The notes below the pieces were generated by a model. That model searched no databases, was not told the origin of the DNA, and worked only from the letters and a program-made list of their open reading frames with translations. The translations under genes were made by a program, and so were the position numbers. Positions 10,588-25,400 of a stretch of DNA of 64,000 nucleotides are shown piece after piece (position 1 is the stretch's first letter; every line of letters begins with the position of its first letter). Origin of the DNA: Phoronis australis (lineage: Eukaryota > Animalia > Phoronida); contig NMRA01000159.1 in NCBI GenBank assembly GCA_002633005.1, positions 175,633 to 239,632 on the forward strand. Direction: 5' to 3'.

Positions 10588-12267
10588 AGGAGCATGCCAC
10601 CCAAAATCAACCTAATTTGTATCAATTTAGATCGAGTAGTTCTACTCGATAACGGCACGTACGGTTGCGTTACCTGACACCTGACGGCAGACGGAGGTGT
10701 TGAAATTATCCAGTGACGTAATCGGTTTCACTCGCAGTCTGTTCAGCAGTTCACAACATGGGTTCCTGGTGTCAGCTTATCGCTTGAAGTCATCGTTTAA
10801 CACCAATAAATCATCAAACTGCGATGTGAAACCATTAAAAATAAACCGAGTTCTTATAAAAACTTGTTGTTTTATCTCGCTCTGACGGATTTATTGGTAT
10901 TTGGACACACCGTAGCCTACAAAGTTCGGCAGGTCCGGCAATAAGGTCCGGCGTAGCAGGAGTTTGGGGTCTGTTCGGAGATAATTTCGAAGTATTTTCC
11001 GTGAGATACAGACAGGAGAACCTAGATCTGTGTTGTTTAGACTTGTGATTTTTTTAGTTTTAAACACAAAACGCTTGTTATCCTGGCCAGTGGCTCGGAG
11101 CCCGATCAAGCCCGTGGAGGCCGCCCGGATTGATTCGTTTGATCCCGGCCAGTGGCTCGGAAACTGATCAGACATCACGAAAATAAACCAGCCAAAGTTC
11201 AGTGGAAACTAAACTTCCAGTCAAGAAAATGCTACACTAGTGAGCCAAAGTAATGTGCACGTGATTATGTTGGTGAATTAGCCACGAAACTGCAAATCTA
11301 CTTACTGGTCGGGGGCCGCGAATTCACGTTCCGCTTTGGCCACAGCACCGTCAGAGCAGAAGTTGTACATTGACAATCATTATTTGAGTAATGTAAATGT
11401 AAATAAAGATTCCCTTAACACCTGCACGTGGGATGGAAATCGAGTTGTTTCACAACAGTTTCTGCCTGCAAACACTAAATTAGCATGAGCTTACACGGCC
11501 TCAGTGTCCCGTCAATTAGTTTTATTGCACTTAAAGCCGGTAAACGCAGTGATTTATCCATTGCTGGCTTTTCAAATCATTTGCACTCACGAACACTCCA
11601 AAGGCATCACAAATTGCATCTAATGAGACAGACTTTGTTTCAATTTTGTATAAGTATTGGTTAGGGTGAGAATAATTCATTTTGAAACAGAACCGTTCAG
11701 TACTAATTAACGCCAACATGGCAACTCGCAATCTCGACTTAGGACGGGATAGTCCCGACTTCGCAGGTGGATCGTTAAGTTTTACAGGCTATTGATTCGA
11801 ACAGGAATACAGTGATGAAGAAATATTAGAGAGGCGCCGTGAAAAAGCTCAGACAACGGAAAGTATGGAGTTATTTGGTAAGCCAGCATTCGTCAGGCAC
11901 TGTGGACGTCTGCAGGCCCGGGACAGACACGGAGATGTTTCACGGCCTCATACTTGCTATTTACAGCGTACATTTCATTTTTCACTACCATGAGCCACGT
12001 CCTAAGCATTTCGGACTCTCGAGGACGTAAAAAAAACGATATACCCGCTTTTCTCGCAGCTGCTTAGTTCGGACAAGCGGGAACGATGCACCGCAACATA
12101 GTGGCATTCACTCTGCATATGAACCACTGACGTCGCTAGCGCCGTTTCTCACCTTCCTCACAGGTTAACGCGACACCTCTTGGCAAGGTCGACCGTATGC
12201 GAGGCGATGTGGATATAGACCGATTAAGACGGCAAAAAAGACTAATTAAATCGGGTGGCATTCTCCT
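10588..12267. mobile_element. Kolobok-type non-autonomous DNA transposon
   Basis: TTAA on both flanks (10584-10587, 12268-12271); 15-bp TIRs AGGAGCATGCCACCC / GGGTGGCATTCTCCT with one mismatch. RR termini plus a TTAA TSD is the Kolobok signature. No transposase ORF recognised. Confidence 0.8.
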
Positions 12268-12405
12268 TTAAAGCGCCATGAGCACTACATGTACATCAAG
12301 CATACTATTTTAATTATAAATATTTTCACAAATGATTTTATTTTCATTTTAGGAAACAAGTTCACTGAAATTATTGTGAGGCGAGCTTCAACGAACATGT
12401 TACCC

Positions 12406-13101
12406 CATAGGCGGATTTAGGGGGGGACCCAGGGGGCCCACCCCCCCTTCTTGGCTGCCGGAAAAAAATAAAACAGCAAGAGCGTAGGGAAATGTTGAGT
12501 TAATTAATTAACCCCGGTAATTAACATTACACGGCGGAAACAAGATTTTAATGTGTGCAGTTTTAGTGTGTTGGGGGGAGGGGGGNCAAATTCGGAACAC
12601 GGCTCAATCGTAACAAAACTATGGCTAAGTATAGGCTCTCTCGCGTTATCCCAGGCGACCGGCAGTGGCGCTGGGCACTACGACTACGTTTCCGTCGTCT
12701 GCTTCACTGCGCAATGAAGAAAATTACTTAATTTTTTAAAGAAAATGGAATCGGAGTGACGATGAAAAAAAGAGGCTGCTGGTAAAATGTGAATTTTAAT
12801 CCAAGCCTCAGTGAATCACTCAGAAACTCATAATTATCTCTTTGTCAAACCTTAACTTCCAAAGCAATCGCGTCATTTAGTGCCAACGCAAAAAACGGAT
12901 TTGGTCTTTTGGGCAATTGAAGACTATTTTAAATACAACATATTTGTTACGAACCGATTGCACAAAGTATAAAAAGTGTAATTAATAAGCATTACAAAAA
13001 GAAGTAGGTTTCGCGCGCAAACGCTGTGGACCATAAACAAGTAGGTCTCTTATCATCAAATTTTGAGTGAAGTCGTGGTGGTGTAGTGGTAAAGTACACT
13101 C
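12406..13101 (-). mobile_element. MITE, CAGTGGCGGA-terminus family, copy 2 (truncated)
   Basis: Starts CATAGGCGGATTTAGGGGGGG, collinear with 2243-2887, and breaks off inside the tRNA-like segment before the B box. Confidence 0.8.
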
Positions 13102-14023
13102 GCTCTTTCCGCCAGGTCGTGCTCAGCCAAGACTAGCACTGACTCCTACTACATTTCACTCAAACGTTATGGTAAAATCTAAGTTATCACCAAACGGAGC
13201 TGTCATTTTATCCGATCACTTTTCTCATTGCAACCTAATTTGGGTTTTGAGCTTGTACAAACCCCAGGCTGGAGAACTGGATTGTCCCATGCTCATGACA
13301 ACAGAACTCACATTAGAAGCCTTGCGTCCTAATACATTTTTCTCAAGAGTTACGGTGAAATCTAGATTATGATCACACGTAGCAGCTACATGTAATTTTA
13401 TCGGCCATCTTAGATTCTGAAAATATCAAGACCCCGCCGTGGAGGCGGCGAGAGTAGTAACTCAGTCTCATGTGGATCAGCATCTGACTCATTCCAATAT
13501 TCAATGGTTCTGCCACTGAACATGAAAAAGAGGCCGACTATACGTCAGTTGCAACGTTTTTCTATTGCTAATAACGCGCCCAGAGTATACGACTTAGATA
13601 CTATCAATTGTACGATCTTTTATAAAAAGTCCACTGATCCAAGCTTGCATTTTACGCTCAGCCGCACTCAAGGAAAAACGTAACAGAACTGGGCGTTTAC
13701 CGAATATCGGCAGTTGATGAGAGGAATATCAACACCAATCTCTTTCAATAACTGGCATGAAGAATTCTTTAAACACAGAGGTCTTTGTGAGCTCCTTTGT
13801 TTGGCGCTCCATTGAATCATACTCGGCTTGAGCGAACAATGTCATACCAATCCCGACGACGGAGTCTTTTGTTTGCGAGGGTCGAGCAGGAGTGTCGCTA
13901 GTGCAAGTGTGTTGTGTGTTTAGCTGAACTGCACACAGGCGATAGACTGGTGATTCAAACCCAAAAAGCAGCGGTAATATGCTGAAGATGGGCACAGCAT
14001 AGTGACCTATCAAACCCAATGAA

Positions 14024-14114
14024 ATGGAAGCTTGGAGTAATAGACAAATTATCGGATTACTGGCTGTAATCGCCACGTATTGTGGAACAAACGGGGTTGC
14101 AAGTGTCATAACAG
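14024..14114 (+). CDS. Gene 1 exon 1, signal peptide
   Basis: MEAWSNRQIIGLLAVIATYCGTNGVASVIT, donor G|GTAAGA, phase 1 matches exon 2. Confidence 0.7.
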
Positions 14115-16431
14115 GTAAGAGACGAAGTCTAAACTTGACAACATTGTGACAAGGGTATACAGTGGTTATGATGACGCAGTCATTCTAAAACCTGTCGCGC
14201 GATTGAATATTAGATCTTCAGACGATACGTTTAATCGATCCTCTGGGGACTGAAACATGATTTGTATGAAAAATGGGCCTCGTTTCACACCTCAAGCTAA
14301 TATTGATTGTACTTTTACAAAAGAAGCCTACTACATGTATATGATACTGGGTCCAGGGGGTAGGGGCCGAGGGGTATGGTCCTCACCATCTGTTGGTTCA
14401 TTTGGTTGTTACTATAACTTTGGATTTGTGTGGCTGGTTGCATGTAACAATCCCAGATTGGGATTCAACTAAGGTCCCTAAATCTACTGCGTATTTTTGG
14501 ACTTGTGAAAACATCGATTGCCCTTTCTTGTATTGTTTTAGTTTCCTTATTAAGTCAACTTTTGACTTTAATACAAATCAAGAGTGAACTCTACCTTGAA
14601 TTGACAAAATTATCGAAAATAAGTAGGGATCTTTTCATGCAACACCCCCAATTTAAGGACCGGGTCCCTATTTATTTTCTTTGAACTCAGGGCTCAGTTT
14701 TTAGTTATATTATTAGAAAATGTCATTAATCAACAAGGAGTTCATAATAAAGATGGAATGATATAAAATATTGCATCTGTGAGTCCACAAAGACACAGAT
14801 ACGAAAAAAGATTTAGGGACTTTAGTTGAGTCCCTATTTGGGACTGTTTCATGCAACCGGCCACTGGTCTCCAAAGGAGTGATCGCCGACACACAACGCT
14901 GCAACAAAGTAAGTGTGCTTGGTTCAATAGTTAACGGTTTGAAGGATCCCTGTTATCATACACAGCTCGTGTAGGCTAAAGCGTAAGTTGAGGATTTTAG
15001 TGACATGTTAGTTACGCCAAGTGCGCCGTTTTGAACTGGTTGCGTTTTTCACGGCTCATAAGGAGAAAAGTATTACCCCCCCTACCCCTTGTAGAACCAT
15101 CAATCACAGACTCATTCTAGTGTTGAGCGGAAGATAGTAGTATTTTAAGGAGTGGAATCGATGATGCACCGATGCATTAATGAACATTACACTTGTGTAA
15201 AAATGTTGAATGACAGATAAGATATCCAAACACTGGTTACTATATCTACGTTTGACATGTTAGGTGGGGTAAAATTCGGTCAACCAGTCAAAACAATCGT
15301 GGGGAATTCGGACGAAACAAGAATTCGGGCCACACAGCACACACAAAAAATACGCGAAAAACAAGGCAGAAGCCACACCGGCGACAAAATGTGTAGAAAA
15401 TATATTTATAAGCAAGCATTGTTGGTTATTAGTACATGGCAAGCAACAGACTGCAGCCAAACTACGGTAAACGAGACGAGTTAAGATACAATAAGGTGTC
15501 AGTAATCCACGCAGAGTTGCAGTTAAAACTTTCAGTTACTCCAAAACCACCAGACACTTGTTGCAAGCAGTAGTAGTAGTGCGTTTATTTCGTATCGCAT
15601 AAACCACAAAATTAAAAATACAATATTGAATTGGGGAAGGCCTGGGAAGTACTTTTCCGCTAACCACAGGGCCACCCATATAGTAAACAAAGGATAATTA
15701 TAAACAAATAAGAGATGTACAGTGAATATGGCGAACAAATAAACAGACATGACAATGAAATTTTCACTCATGAACATATAAATATTATAAAAAGGTTAAA
15801 GAAGAATTAAATAAATAAGAGCAAATGATATATTATCGCAGCTGTATGACTAAATTCTTACGCAGAGTGGGAGATGGCAGGACCAAAATGCACGCGACAG
15901 CACTACCAGATAGCATAATAATGTCAAAGATGTCGATATATTTGGCCGAAGAAACGAAGTCTTCATTTGAATTTCATTGTTAGGAAAGCCTAATCTAAGA
16001 AACGTAAGACTCGATGATTTATTTTGGAAGTTTTGCGATCGAACGAGTCTTCAAACTTTTGATATTTGTAACCCTGAAAATCGTCACAGGTTACCACTAG
16101 GTTGCACCACGTTAACATGCGGAATTCATGAAAATCTCCAAGAAGAGTTTGAGAGGTCCCTTAACACCAAGTAACATTCGGTAACTCCCGGATGCCCAGG
16201 GTTTTAAATCGCCAAAATTTCCCTTTAAGAAAATGTCGCCACTCAACGTGCAAAATATCTGTAGAATAATTTAAAAAAATGAAAAAACTTGTGAGAAATT
16301 AATGCTTTCAGGAATTTTGATGCAGGCTGAAATTCAGAAAAAAGAAACAATACCATTCGAACCGAAACAGGAAGTTATGTTTCGGTGCATTTTAAGTAGA
16401 TTGGCAAATGTATACCACACACACGCACACG

Positions 16432-16463
<32 letters not shown>

Positions 16464-19400
16464 CACACACCAACCAGGTGATATAAACAGGTCGGTAGAC
16501 TGCCGTTATGGTGTGAAGCATACGGGAGAACTCTTACTACTCCATTACCGAGACTGGGGGCTTTGGGTCAGTGTCCCGTATAGCGACAGCGACTCACTTC
16601 ATTGACCGTAAAATGATAACCATATAGCGTAGTGGTGGCTTCTTGTAATTGTTCAGTTGATATTTATTGTGTTTGCGCTGAAAGCATAAAAATCGTGTAA
16701 TCGTCGTGATCTGAAATTTTATGAACTTCAGATCACTTCAAAACTGAGTAAGGAAAAAAACAAGACCAATTTTATACGAGTGGTCCATTTAACAATGTAA
16801 AGACAAAGGAGGACGTTTTTCAGTGTAGCGGTCGGCTCATCCTTATTGTAAATATTGCTCACGAATGTATAAACATTGAAATCATACGCGGGTTGGCTCA
16901 TGTAATAAACCAAAATCTAGCAACTAAAATAAAGATAAACACTGTCATCTTTCTCTAGGCTATTTGTTGTGTGTCTGTTTCAATCATACTATTTCGTGTT
17001 TTCTTTATCACTTTATATTCTCGTTTAACCTTTTCAGAATAGAATAAGGGAATGCGTACGCCTATTATCACAAAGAGGTCAATTCAAAATCGCGTGCCTG
17101 CTGTTTAAATAATCTGTATGACAAGGAAACGTTTCCCAACATTTTGGCAACAAAAGTCGCCACTTCCGTATGATACAGACTATAAGCTGTTAGCTATAGA
17201 TGCCATGTACTGATGAATACAGTATGTTTTCATTCCCAGGTGTCGAAGTAGAGGAAACTTATGCCAGCAGCAAAGACTTGTATCCTGAATCATTAGGTTA
17301 CGATGTAAGACTTGGGCGTGATGTCACAACGTTACGTCTCCGCCGGATGACGCGCCTGAGTACGAACTTGCCAGTGTACGTTTTTGAGAATGGTGCTCTC
17401 GTCCGGGTGGAGAAAGACCCAAAACAGGTACCAGTAAATTTATGATATATATTTGTTTCTGTCTAAAGTAAATAACAGCTTTGTAGAATAGTTTGAAAAT
17501 TCTTGGCGTAGACCACAGAATGTTTTCTCTGGCCAAACAACGTTAAAGCTGCAATGACAAAGGATGAATTACGTGATAAGGAATGAACTTCTGTTTCTAT
17601 GTTTTTCTTAATTGAATATGTCCTGCCTGTTATTAAGCAATAAGTGTTGGAAAAAATCTAGGTGTCAGCTCAGCTTGTATTGTCTAAGCACACACCTGGA
17701 CGTACTATTAAGAACAAGGGGCTGACCTAGGAAAACGAGTTGGTGGCGAGGTCATCGACCCCAATGCGCACCAGCAAAAATTGTTTACGTGTAATAGGAA
17801 ACGCTTTTACCAACACATGTTGACTTATATCTAGGGTGACAATTATTTATTGGGGACCATGGTCTCTACTGTACCCCTAAGATATCCATGACTGTCGCTA
17901 ATTACATCGTAAAAGGTTATTCTATGATTATGTTAACTTGTATAGTCACCAGAGGCTGTCTAGACCTGGCCAATAAATTTAGCTCGATTCCTTCCAGTAC
18001 ACAAACGCATAATTGTTAGAAAACTATCGAATTACATCGAGATTTGCAATGGCTGAAGCGCATGAAGTTCAAGGTGTAGGTGGAGAACTGCTGTCATGAT
18101 ATCGCTTTTGTGACATTGTAGAATTACGTCAGCTACCACGACGAGAGCCGCGGAGCATCAATAGTTGTGTCTGCGATCGAGAATAAGGAAGGAGTATGGG
18201 AGCGCACACTTGTAAGTACAATGAATGAATGGAAGATTATTTAAAGCTTCTATAAACCCATGTACTTTGCAGTTTTCATTTAGAGTACTTAAGTAGTTCC
18301 TGGTCACACTCTTTCACGTAATTGTTAGGGATTGCAGCAAAATATCTCACAGACCATATAGATTGCAAAACCCCTTCCGATAGCCGCTTTCTTCAAACAC
18401 CCCCACCCCCCGAGACAATTCCTGTAAGCCTTAATACTGGCCAAGCATACTGCCCCAATAAAAGGACAAAAACACACCAAAGATGGCGCACCTTCTCATT
18501 AGACCTACTCGACGTTGGTTACACATAAAGAAAAGAAAGTGGTCAGTGAAATATGCAAGCTGGATTAGCTCATTTTGACGCCACGTGAGTTACAGTGCTT
18601 TTAGCTTTCTCGTATTTGACGCAGCTGACTGAGCGCAGTAATCTAAGTCTGCGCCATGCCTATATCTACCGTCGGCCAACTGACTCCATAATATGGAAAG
18701 ACGAAATTGAACACCAGTTTTCGAATGTATGAAAGCTATACCCTGGATAGCAACAATCAAACCACACCGCTGCAGGTCACATTAATATTGTTTAACAACA
18801 ATCGAAGTTAACCAGTTTCATGCAACCCAGCCAAGTTTGTCTTTTATATTTTTTTTTGCTTTGCTTCAATGCAAACTTATTATAACTTGTGTATTTTACT
18901 CTGTGGTCAGGTACGTATTTGTTTGCGTGGCTGAATGTCTTATTATGACTCCTATTAGTGACCCAGGAATTAAAACTACAGTTTGTAGCTTGGGTCTAAG
19001 TTCAAGTGCCAGAATGGAAAATTCGTCTGCGTAAACCGTTTATCATCAGATAGTACTAAACTTGAACAGAAAGTCACAAAAGAGAGTGTAGTTAAAGGTC
19101 GTAGCTCAGACAGCGGGCACAAAATGAGAAGTGCAGGCTTAAACTTGATGATCCGGGCAGAAGAGGCACTTACTCCTCAAGACGACGTCCAAGGGCGTAA
19201 ATGCAGATGATGCGAAATGACACTAATGTGAACTCGGTGTTAATCAAAATGGCGGGAAAAAGCAGATTCATACTCTCAAAGCCAAAGAGAGACAACAAAT
19301 TACAGAAATGAAGTGGCAAATCTACAGAGAATAACCTTCGTGCTTCATCAAATGACATTTTAGAAAATAATTGTGAAAACGATGCAGTTAGTCTTAAAGT

Positions 19401-22400
19401 GTAGATGAAATTTTAAAATAGTGCTGTGAACGTGGTTCCATTCTTGTTAAGTCGGTTAAAAATACGACAATGACGACTTGTGGTTGACATTATCAAAGAT
19501 CGTTGAAGGGACATTAGCTTTATCTTTAGAACTGTTTTTACGTATTTTACTTTCAGAGAGGGACATTTTTAAGTAAAGGCCACCACGTCTCGATTTCTCA
19601 TCACGAAGATTTCACGTCAACGGATACACCAGGGACCTATCACGCTGAGATCATCACCTCGTACACGCCTTTAGACATGGCTGAGAAAGTAGCGCGTGGT
19701 TTTGACGAAACATTACTTCGTCGCTTGAAGCGTTCAGCGACAACTGATCAGCACTTTGTACAACTGTTACTCATGGTCGATTATTCACTTTACCAAAGGT
19801 TTGTGGAACTTAACAGATCGCCACGAAACGCTACACTATGAACGCATTCAAATGGTACCGAGTATTGTGAAAACACGGATCCACATGTAACGTGTATTCA
19901 TCCACCAAAATATCCCATCTTGTTGGACTGTGAAGTCAGAAATTCGATTTACTAGTATACCTTGCGCATTTCTGAAAAATGTTGTACCTGCGCACCTGAG
20001 AAATCTCGGATATTACGACTAGTGTAAGCAAATCTTCTGTGCTGTAATATTCCATTTCGGTATAACACAAAGCCCAATTCTGTGAAATTTGCCTACAAGG
20101 CTGCGCGTCGCGGGGTACGCCGCTTTAGTCCCCACAGTTGTACACAACTGTCGTGATGATCAGTATTTTTCATTAAAATAAATTTGTCATCGCCATTCTG
20201 ATGAGCTTAAAATTTTGTTGCTGCATAACAAGCTGCTATGCCCTAAAAACATGACCTTTTGAGCCGACTCCAAAGTATGTAAGCGGCCTTTTACTGTTGA
20301 GGCTCAACATTATATTACCGCACAGACAGGCCCTTTCATATTGACTTAACTCCGGTCTGAGGGGAGTGTCGACGTAAACAGCGCAGTTAACTGGATCGTT
20401 CATACTGGCTTCGGTAGTTAATGAACATCAAAATAAGCGGTTGCGTGCCGTTGTCGTCATCGAAGTTATCGCAAGGTAGCGTTGCACGCTAAGATTTTTT
20501 TCAATGTTTCAATTTGGAAATATTTACGTGTGCTAAGTGACATTAAACTTATTTTTAAATCGATTGGTTATTATTAGAGCAATATATAAGCAGCTATTAG
20601 TGACGGCACTACCTTGTAACTGTTGACGATAACAGTGACACCTGGCGATAACTTTTATTTGACCGGAGTTAAGCGTTCATACTGCACAGCAGCGTCGACG
20701 CAGCGGTCTTAAATCCACCTGTTAATTGGAGCTGTTAACTGCGATCCAGGCTGGAGTTAAGCGTTCATACTGACCGCAACTCCCCAAACCATCGACGCGT
20801 AGACGTTAGTATGAAAGGCTCTATAGACGTGTCGTGAATTGGGAAGTGTAATTATTTCACAGGTGACTATTACCGAAATTTGATACCAAAATTGTTTCAT
20901 GCAAAACGGCGTCTCGTTTAACTGAAGTAAGGCTTGGCGTACGATTCACCACTTTTGCCTTTTGTTGTTTTCTTTCCTGGTGCATGTGGAATTTTAACGC
21001 GGAATCAAACCCATGCTTTCTGTTGTGAACAATTTTTTCATAAAATCACAGGTTGTGTCGTGAATTGAACTGGACATTTCTTCTGAAGTCCTGGATTTAT
21101 CTCCCTTTTAGCTGAGGGAAAGTTTGCGGTCGAGCCTATGTGATTTCACTCAAAACTTGGTTTCTGACAGAAATCATGCGTTTAATCTACTGTAGGAAAT
21201 TCAACGAGGCTTGAACCCGGGTTGCACGAGCGACGGTCAAGCATGATCTAAACCATTCGGCCAAGAGGCAGTTGCCACTAGGCAAGCGGCTTAGAGAGGC
21301 TTTATCTGACTGTACATGTACGTGTCGTCACAACCGGAAGTCACGCTTCGCAACACTACTTCAATAAAATGTTCGGATTGTATTCTCTAAATTTGTGTTT
21401 TATCATAGTCATTACTATCGCGTAGTAATAGTATTATACTATTACTATTACTATAGTATCATTGATACTATAAATTTAATTGTCAAGTCAAGATTGCATA
21501 AAATTTCATAGAGTTCATTGAAATTTGCTTCTCTAATTTTCTTTTTGGTGCTGCGCAGCACTCTATTCCATTGTGCAGTGAGTACTATATAAGTGCTTGC
21601 AACAGAATATCTTTTAGCAAGGCCACGTGAAGTCGACATCTTTTTTCAACGTGAGGTCTGTTTCATAAAAAATGACTTGAAGACTTATTTTAGATTAGTA
21701 AAAAATCGTCTTACCACACAACTATATCTGAAAAATAACTCATCTCAACAAAAGAACATCGTCTCTGAAAATGCATACCTAACTCACTACTAGTTTCCCA
21801 CATAATTTTGTTGAACTCAAAGCTGTGATGTGCTAACAAAATACACGAAGAAAATTTTATTACGCAATTTTTAAGTGGGATTGTAAGCCAAAATAGTGAT
21901 TTTAGTCTTAAAGATGTATTTGCATGCTCCTAACTATGCTATTTGAAAATCATCAACACTAAACAAACTGCAGTTCTATTCATTGACAACTAAGAAAAAA
22001 AATCTGCAAATACGTGACCTTTGCACATAGCCTGCATCACGCAGTGATAATCACCAACAGCACGCCAAGATAATTACTGGCGGATCATTTAGACACAAAA
22101 ATCGTTCTTAAAACATTTGGCCATTTTCAACGTACACTGACAGCACAGCTTTGTATTGTTTGTCCAAGCAGTCACAAGGATAAGGAATTGGTGTGCAAGT
22201 TCCACTTTATGTCAGTTTTCCTGAAACAGATTAATGGATCACAGTGCAGGATAATCCCGATAACTAGTAGTGTAATGCGACTCTTGTAGGTTCTATAATC
22301 AAACAAATGGGTCCAGTCCGACGGAGAGGGAGAAGCAGACGATACCGATAATGGAGAGATATTACGCACAAGTGGCTAATGGGGTAAGATTAATAGTACG

Positions 22401-25400
22401 ACTGACCCAAGCGATGTAGCAACATTGGACAACGCAAGGATGTTACTGTTAAGGCAGTATGGGGCTTTTACGCAAGAAACAATACCCTTGTGTTTGTCAT
22501 TGCAGCACAATTACTGAACGGCGGCTTTCAAAAAAAAGACTTCCACGGAACTCTGCTTTATTCTCTTTCAAAGTTGAACAAACTTCTTGATAAAATCTTT
22601 AGCAGTTAATAGACGAGCCTTTGTTACATAAAATAGTGTTTTTGTCAGACTTCAATCGGAATTGAATGTAACACTAACTGTTTATGAGATTGCAAAGTGT
22701 TTCGATTTCGACGTAGTGCGTAGAGTGATACCTGCTGAGATTTTGCCGAGATGTGATGACCCGTTTTACTTGAGGCAAGTACGTTGTCTGTTCACTCACC
22801 TGAAACTGAGATTCGCATTGAAAGAGAGCGGTTCCTCCGTGCATTTCACAAGAATTCAAAGTTGCGAGTCTTTTGCCAATGGTCAACGGTTTAGCTTCAT
22901 TTGACAACTCCGACTTTTCTGTTGTAGATCAATCTCCGGTACAGGAATCTTAAAGAACAGTCACTGAAGATAGAGGTTGTGTTATCCGCTATTTATATTG
23001 CAAAGGTAACGAAGTGCAAACCAACATTACCCTGATTATTAATTAATTTAAGCTAACGAGTGACCGTGTTGATTTTGATGTTTTCTCAAACCAACTCTAA
23101 AGATGATTTCCTTTGTTTGGAGACATTCCACGGAGGTCTTTCCATTGTTCCATGCTGATTTCACTTCACGCTCGTTGTCTTTTGCACACTCTACTTAAGA
23201 CTTATACACATGTACCTAGCATAACGTTCATTGATACAACACTTGAGAACACTGGAATCAAAGCTTTACTCTGTCGTGAAGATTTTCATTCCGACTGGGT
23301 TTCGGAAGGTCTATATATCGCCATTGGCACACTCTTGCCAAAAATATGTGAAATATTCGGAAACTGGGACCATTTCACGATTAAGGTCGAAAATTTACTC
23401 ACACATGTGCAGAATCGTAATATCTGTCACTGAAAATGTTTAATAAACGTAAATTTCTCATTGCGTGTGTCTTGTAACGCAGCACAAGACCAGTCCAATG
23501 TCCAACTAACCATCTCGTTTTCCAGACGGCTGAGGAATCTTATTGGACGGAAAGTGCGGATGTGAAGAATGTCGTTGATGGCCAGACTGTCATCAACGCC
23601 ACTAGAGCCATGGAATACATACTTCAATGGAGCACAGACCCGAAAATTACAGCGTCTCTTCCTACTTTTGACCACGCCATGCTATTAACAGGGTAGGATC
23701 TTCTTGAAGTAAATTCTGAGACAAATACCGTACCGACATTCTACATTCTTACATAGTATTCAGCATAACGGGTTGCCAGAGCAAATTTAAGCATCACATT
23801 TATTACGGAGGGGTACAGCCACCAAAAGTAATTACGCCGTTGTAGTGCGAGTATTGTTAATGACTTGAAACGCTGGGGGATTTTTCAGGGTATGTGAAAA
23901 AGAGAAACTGTCCCCTCCACAAAAGCAGCTGAAAATAGCTATTAGTAGTTCGGCAAAAATTGTGAAAGGTCTGTTAATTATTAAAACAATTTGAATTAAC
24001 AATAATGCATAACGTTAATGAGTAAAGCTGTTCTGACCACCATTCTATAATCAGTCAACGATACGCAGACTAGCAGGCGTCGTGGACAGTTTTGGAAAGA
24101 CAAAGACGTTGCACATGTATGCGCAATGAACTGTGGGAAATGTGTAGTCAAAGCTATAAAAAGAGACGAGCGAAATGGTAACATAAATCGTGGATTTAAC
24201 TCTTCGAGAAACGACACGTTGCCGGGGAATGATGTACCCCACGAACCCTTAGTGGCGAATTAGTTCACTGCTTACCTTTTGCAGATACAACATATGGCGG
24301 GGCTACACGAACGGTAAAAAGAACACGGGAGTAGCCGGAAGCGCTGTCACGGGGGGAATGTGCACGAGCGAGAGTTACTCTATCAACGAAGACCCGGGAG
24401 CGTTCAAGACAATCGATACATGTACACACGAACTGGGCCACAGGTACGTCAAGTATCGTAAAAACTCATTTGTTTCAAACGAGTAGAATGCGTGTTTGGT
24501 GGAAGAGGAAGCCATTAAGCGTTGACGTCTCTTTACAACGTTCATTTTTAACAATGTCCGCCGGAGAGCTTCATGTCTGAGTAGTTCCGTAGTTTCAACA
24601 ATAAGTGAAATTGGTGGAAGGTAGGTTTTTACCAGGACGTGTGACTGTTGGAGTGGAGGCGTCTACACAGCTGTTTCAGCTGGGCGTCGGTAGAACGATG
24701 TTCGATTGGACGTCTTCACGGGGCTTGAGGTTAAGAGTTTCTAATTCCAAGCAGTGATCTGACGGCCTGTAGGTCGTTAACAAGATTTGTGACTATTATT
24801 GGAGCGGGTGTCGATAGAGGCCAACGATTTCAAAATTAGTAAAAAACATTCAGGATATCACATTCATAGCAGAATACTACAACGTTATTACCTCAGTTGT
24901 TTCGTCGAAAATACTCGGCGAAGTTATCAGAGTTTTGCTTTTAAAGGCTACAGAACAATAACTGCACGTGTACTGTGAGTCTCATGCTGAGCGTAAGGTA
25001 TGGGTTTCTATGGAAATAATATTCATAACGATGGTCTTGCGATTATTAATTATTACGAAGATCATGATCATGTCAGTGAAAACCATATCAATGGAAACAT
25101 GAACTAACTGCCACTGTCAAATTTTCCAGTCTTGGAGCTGTTCATGACGGGTCTGGTAACGGGTGTGACAGCAACGACCAGTATATCATGGCTGTTACTG
25201 AGTCGGCCACTGATATATCCACCTACAAGAATCGTTATTTATTCTCATCCTGCTCTGTCTCCAGCATGACAGCACTTATAAACAAGCTGAACAAGTAAGC
25301 TTTATCTGTTACGGTCACCAATATCGAACATTGGTACGCCAACCTCTGTCTCCATGCTGCCGGCAGTGGCGGATCTAGGATATCACAAGGGGGGGGGGCA

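Noticed and set aside
13729-14109. 126-aa minus-strand ORF
   Set aside because: Antisense to gene 1 exon 1 and its 5' region; no motif.
22079-22137. Intron similarity between gene 1 and gene 2 (match at about 47999-48056) as a sign of recent duplication
   Set aside because: The matches lie in non-corresponding introns, so they are better explained by a dispersed repeat; likewise 29770-29930 versus 38657-38822.
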